A DNA stretch of 64,000 nucleotides from Malacoraja senta (Eukaryota), in the NCBI GenBank assembly GCA_038087875.1, contig CM075997.1:1118001-1182000 (forward strand), written 5' to 3'. Made by a program: the position numbers and the translations under genes. This document shows positions 59,522-64,000 of the stretch, piece by piece. Numbering within the stretch: position 1 is the first letter of the stretch; every line of letters begins with the position of its first letter. The notes under the pieces are model-generated. The model was not told where the DNA came from, did not search any database, and worked only from the letters and a program-made list of their open reading frames with translations.

Positions 59522-62080
59522 GTAAGTCAGAGTCGGTGGGGACTTGCCCATGACCCTTGAGGAAGGCTCCCCCCGACCCCCGAAACGCCACCTATCCATG
59601 TCTCCATGCGGTGCTGGCTCGAAGCGCCGAATGGCCTCCTCCTCCTGCACCTATTTTCTATGTTTCATTTTCTATGTCTCCAGAGGTACTGCCTGGCCCG
59701 CTGTTACTCCAGCAAAGATAGACACAAAACGCTGGAGTAACTCAGCGGGTCAGGCAGCATCTCTGGAGAGAAGGAATATGTGACATTTCGGGTCGAGACC
59801 CTTCCTCAGATGCTACTCCAGCATTTTGTGTCGATCTTTTAAAATATAATCGTGCAAATACTAAACTTGCTTATTATTACAGACTCGAGATCCAGATGGA
59901 TTTAAGAGAGAGTTAGATAGAGCTCTAGGGGCTAGTGGAGTCAGGGGATATGATGAGAAGGCAGGCACGGGTTATTGATTGGGGACGAACAGCCATGATC
60001 ATAATGAATGGCGGTGCTGGCTCGAATGGCCTCCTCCTGCAACTATTTCCTATGTTTCTATGTTTCAGAACATGGAATAAATTGCATACTAAAGCACAGT
60101 AAATTACTTAAATAAAATGCATTATCGGCGGCAGTGAAGTATGCATAACTTTATAATATTTTGGGAACAGGAAGTGGCAAGGAATGACAAGAAGTTGGAA
60201 GGTTGACAATAACTCGGAAACGGGAGGGGGAAAGATTTGACCATCAATTTACACCATTTTGGGACTAGGGGTGGGGAGAGCGAGGTAGGACTACCAAATA
60301 ACAACTTGGGGACAGGAGGCTGGAAGGTGTAACAAGTTATAACAATTTAGGAAGAGGAGGGGGGAAAGAACTGGCTACTAATTTATAGCAATTTGGTGAG
60401 GGGGGTGAGAGCAAGGTATGACTACACTCAGCGGGTCAGGCAGCATCTGTGGAGGGAATGGACAGGCAACATTTTGGGTCAGGACCCTTCCCTCTGATGG
60501 AGTAATGGGGGGAGAACTGGGGTGGGGCAAAGTCCTGGTAAGTGATAGGTGGATACAGGGGGGGCGATTGGCAGACCTCGGTACATGTGACAATAAACTA
60601 AACTGACAAAGGCAGGAGATGAAAGGGTGTCAAATAAGGAGAGGAGAGAAGAGGAGTGAAATGTAAAGCCGGAGGGAGGCATATGGGTGGGATGGGACCA
60701 GGGGGAAGGGGAAAAAGAGAGGTGGGGGGGGGGGGATAAAATGGAAATATGAGGTAGGAAGAAGGGGAATGGACAAGGTAAGACACATAGTACTGGAGTA
60801 ACTCAACGGTCAGGCAGCACCCTGGAGAATAAGGATAGTTGACGTTTTGGGTCGGGACCCTACTTCAGGCTTTTCATAACTTGTATTGTCCCTGACGCAA
60901 TTGCCAAGAGTCTCAAGCTGTAACATTTTCAAGCTGTACCCTATCTTCTATCTATCAACAGGAAATTTGCAGCAGTCCTCAGTTTGTTGTTGATGGGACC
61001 ACCAGGACAGACATCTGCCAGGGAGCATTGGGTGAGAGCATTGAACTGAGACAAGTTACAGCATTTACCTTGTGAGGATATCATGTTTAAGAAAGAACTG
61101 CAGATGCTGGAAAAATCAAAGGTAGACAAAAAATGCTGGAGGAACTCAGCGGGTGAGGAAGCATCTATGGAGAGAAGAAATAGGCGACGTTTTGGGTCCT
61201 ACATGTACGGGGGTTATCATTCAGGGGTTGGACTGCATGTAGGTAGCTATTTCTGGATTTCAACCTCTTTGGTGCCTGGATGTGTTGGAAGAGTAGATGA
61301 CGAGGGTTATCCTCCTGCTTGCTGCAATAGACAATGGGTGCAGGAGTCGGCCATTCGGACCTTCGAGCCAGCACCGCCATTCAATGTGATCATGGCTGAT
61401 CATCCCCAATCAGTACCCCGTTCCTGCCTTCTCCCCATATCCCCTGACTCCGCTATTTTTAAGAGCCCTATCTAGCTCTCTCTTGAAAGCATCCAGAGAA
61501 CCTGCCTCCACTGCCCTCTGAGGCAGAGAATTCCACAGACTCACCACTCTCTGTGAGAAAAAGTGTTTCCTCGTCTCCGTTCTAAATGGCTTATCCCTTA
61601 TTCTTAAACTGTGTGTGGCCCCTTGGTTCTGGAGTTCCACTCTTGAGGATACTGCTTTTCTGATCGGAGGGGGTGCAATACCACGCAGCAGGTACAGGTC
61701 GTAAACTCATGAGGGTTCGAGGCAGCCAAAGATGGTTCTGCATGCTGCGTTTAGCACCGGATCCAACTTCTTGGCGTGTGAAGATCGTCCCCAGGCTGGG
61801 CAGGCATATTCGACTGCTGAATAGCGTAGTGCAACGTTCCTGGATCTGATCCCCATTTAGAGTTGACCAGCTTTCTCGGGATGTTGTTTCTGGCTTCTAT
61901 CTTTGCTTTTGTCTTGATAACATGGTCTCTGGTCATTAAGGCACAGCCATCTTGTTCCCAGGTGACTGCTGGTTCTTGTCCGTCATTGCTTGCCTCAGCC
62001 TCAACAAGGATGTGATGAAGCAGGTGATCCCCCCAAACCAGGGATTCGGGACAGGCTACTCAGGATATTTCCGCTTCAAG
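59291..62080 (+). CDS. Calpain catalytic subunit, first three coding exons (59291-59521, 60962-61031, 61962-62080), 3'-partial; possibly CAPN12-related by synteny
   Basis: LFEDLHFPADNSSL...WKRPQ|EICSSPQFVVDGTTRTDICQGAL|GDCWFLSVIACLSL...GYSGYFRFK; catalytic QGxLGDCW; 70- and 119-bp exons as in classical calpains. Confidence 0.92.
60962..61031 (+). CDS. Calpain coding exon 2
   Basis: EICSSPQFVVDGTTRTDICQGAL; 70 bp. Confidence 0.93.
61660..61930 (-). mobile_element. Degenerate non-LTR retrotransposon RT fragment (Ingi/Vingi- or I-group-like)
   Basis: RKLVNSKWGSDP.../YSAVEYACPAWGRSSHAKKLDPVLNAACRTIFGCL...LRGIAPP with a stop and a frameshift. Confidence 0.6.
61962..62080 (+). CDS. Calpain coding exon 3 (catalytic Cys)
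   Basis: GDCWFLSVIACLSLNKDVMKQVIPPNQGFGTGYSGYFRFK; 119 bp. Confidence 0.94.
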
Positions 62081-62195
62081 GTACGTTCTTGTCATTCTAA
62101 GACCAAAGCCGATAAGACATAGGAGCATTCGGCCCATTGAATCTGCTCCGCCATTCAATCATGGATGATCTATTTCTCCATCTCAACACCACTGT

Positions 62196-62880
62196 AGACA
62201 ATAGACAATAGGTGCAGGTGTAGGCCATTCGGCCCTTCGAGCCAGCATCACCATTCAATGTGATCATGGCTGATCATCCACAATCAGTACCCCGTTCCTG
62301 CCTTCTCCCCATATCCCCTGACTCCGCTATCCTTAAGAGCCCTATCTCGCTCTCTCGTGAAAGTATCCAGAGAATCGGCCTCCACCGCCCTCTGAGGCAG
62401 AGAATTCCACAGACTCACAAATCTCTGTGTGAAAAAGTGTTTCCTCGTCTCCGTTCTAAATGGCTTACCCCTTATTCTTAAACTGTGGCCCCTGGTTCTG
62501 GACTCCCCCAACATCGGGAACATGTTTCCTGCCTCTAGCGTGTCCAAACCCTTAATAATCTTATATGTTTCAATAAGATTCCCTCTTATCCTTCTTAATT
62601 CCAGAGTGTACAAGCCCAGCCACTCCATTCTCTCAGTATATTCTCCTGCCGTCTCCACGTAACCCTTGACGCACTTTCTAATCAAGAACCCATCAATCTC
62701 CACTTTAAAAATACCCAATGACTTGGCCTCCACCGCCATCTGTTGCAAAGGATTCCACAGATTCACCACCCTCTAAAGAATTTCCCCCTCAGCTCCATTC
62801 TAAAGAGTACATCCTTTTATTCTGAAGTTGTGCCCTCTGGTCCTAGACTCTCCCACTAGTAAAAATGTCCTCTCCACATG
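62196..62880 (-). mobile_element. CR1-like LINE fragments (nested)
   Basis: ORF 62284-62769 is a CR1 ORF2 C-terminus. Confidence 0.8.
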
Positions 62881-64000
62881 TTAATTGTCATCAATGTACC
62901 GTTGTCAACACTAAACTTTCTTTCAAAGATAGACACAAAATGCTGGAGTAACTCAGCGGGACAGGCAGTATCTCTGGAGAGAAGGAATGGGTGGCGTTTT
63001 GGGTCGAGACCCTCCTTCAGACTGGGAGTCAGGGGAGAGAGGAAGTGTAACGTGTGAAAACGAGACAAAGAAAATGTAGAACACATCCTTGTTAGCTAGG
63101 AGAAAGTAATAAACAAAGCAAACAGAGATAAAATGAAGGTACACAAAAATGCTGGAGAAACTCAACGGGTGTAGCAGCATCTATGGAGCGAAGGAAATAG
63201 GCAACGTTTCGGGCCGAAACTTTGCCTATTTCCTTCGCTCCATAGATGCTGCTGCACCCGCTGAGTTTCTCCAGCATGTTTGTGTACCTTCGATTTGCCA
63301 GCATCTGCAGTTCCTTCTTAAACACAGAGATAAAATGAAATTGGAGACAGTCAGACTCGTAGAACTGGGAAGGGGGAGGGATGGAGAGAGAGGGAAAGCA
63401 AAGGTTAACTTGAAGTTAGAGAAGTCAATGTTCATACCGCTGGGGTGTAAGCTGCCCAATCGAAATATGAAGTCCTGTTCCTCCAATTTGCGCTGGGCCT
63501 CAATGACAATGGAGGAGGCCCAGGACAGGAAGGGCAGTGTGGGGATAGGAGGGGGAGTTAAAGTGTTTACCAACCAGGTGATCAGGTAGATTGAGGCGGA
63601 CTGATCTTTCACAGGTTCCACATTCTTTTGGGACATTATTTCCTCTACTGCCAGAGGGCTGTAGTTTAGAGAGAGACTGAGAGCGAGAGAACTGTTGTCA
63701 CAGCTTTCCAGGGTACGCTTGAGATCAGATCTGGAATAGCTTGTGCGAGATCCTCTCACTTGTGCAAGGATATACGAGTGGTGGAAGCAGTCCAAATGAG
63801 ATTCAGGCGACAGTTTCCTGGGATTGGAAGGTCGTACTATCTCAAGTGATAAAATAAATTAGATTTATATTCTTTATAATGGAGGAAAATTAGAGCAATT
63901 TCATGATACATCAGATCCTCAAGGGGCAGAACAGAAGTGATGGAGTAGACAAAAATGCTGGAGAAACTCAGCGGGTGAGGCAGCATTTATGGAGCGAAGG

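Noticed and set aside
59291..62080. Assigning the symbol CAPN12
   Set aside because: Supported only by synteny; the N-terminus and GDCW (I recall GNCW in human CAPN12) do not establish orthology.

Overview
Repeat-rich vertebrate genomic DNA, most likely a cartilaginous fish (skate/ray; inferred from tRNA-headed V-SINE/HE1-like SINEs and CR1/HER1-like LINE tails). Read by hand, it holds five intron-containing genes: (1) a complete 9-exon CYP2-family cytochrome P450 on the minus strand (454-18044) with two 1-bp deletions; (2) exons 8-9 of a tandem CYP2 paralogue (22216-24767), the rest presumably lost in the 200-N gap at 28041-28240; (3) six coding exons of CLIP3 on the minus strand (30595-39029) with several 1-bp indels, the later CAP-Gly exons missing at the gap; (4) an intact 8-exon EIF3K (48376-56785, 217 aa) with a U12-type minor intron; (5) the first three coding exons of a calpain (59291-62080). 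Most long ORFs in the supplied track are transposon fragments or low-complexity artefacts. The most notable non-genic signals are: abundant Penelope-derived termini carrying minimal hammerhead-ribozyme cores, often as fold-back pairs that invert at the ribozyme; a 7-unit double-palindrome array in the EIF3K promoter; hAT-type elements repeatedly inserted into SINEs; and a 51-bp Tc1 TIR-only relic. No computation or database search was run, so family assignments come from recalled motifs.
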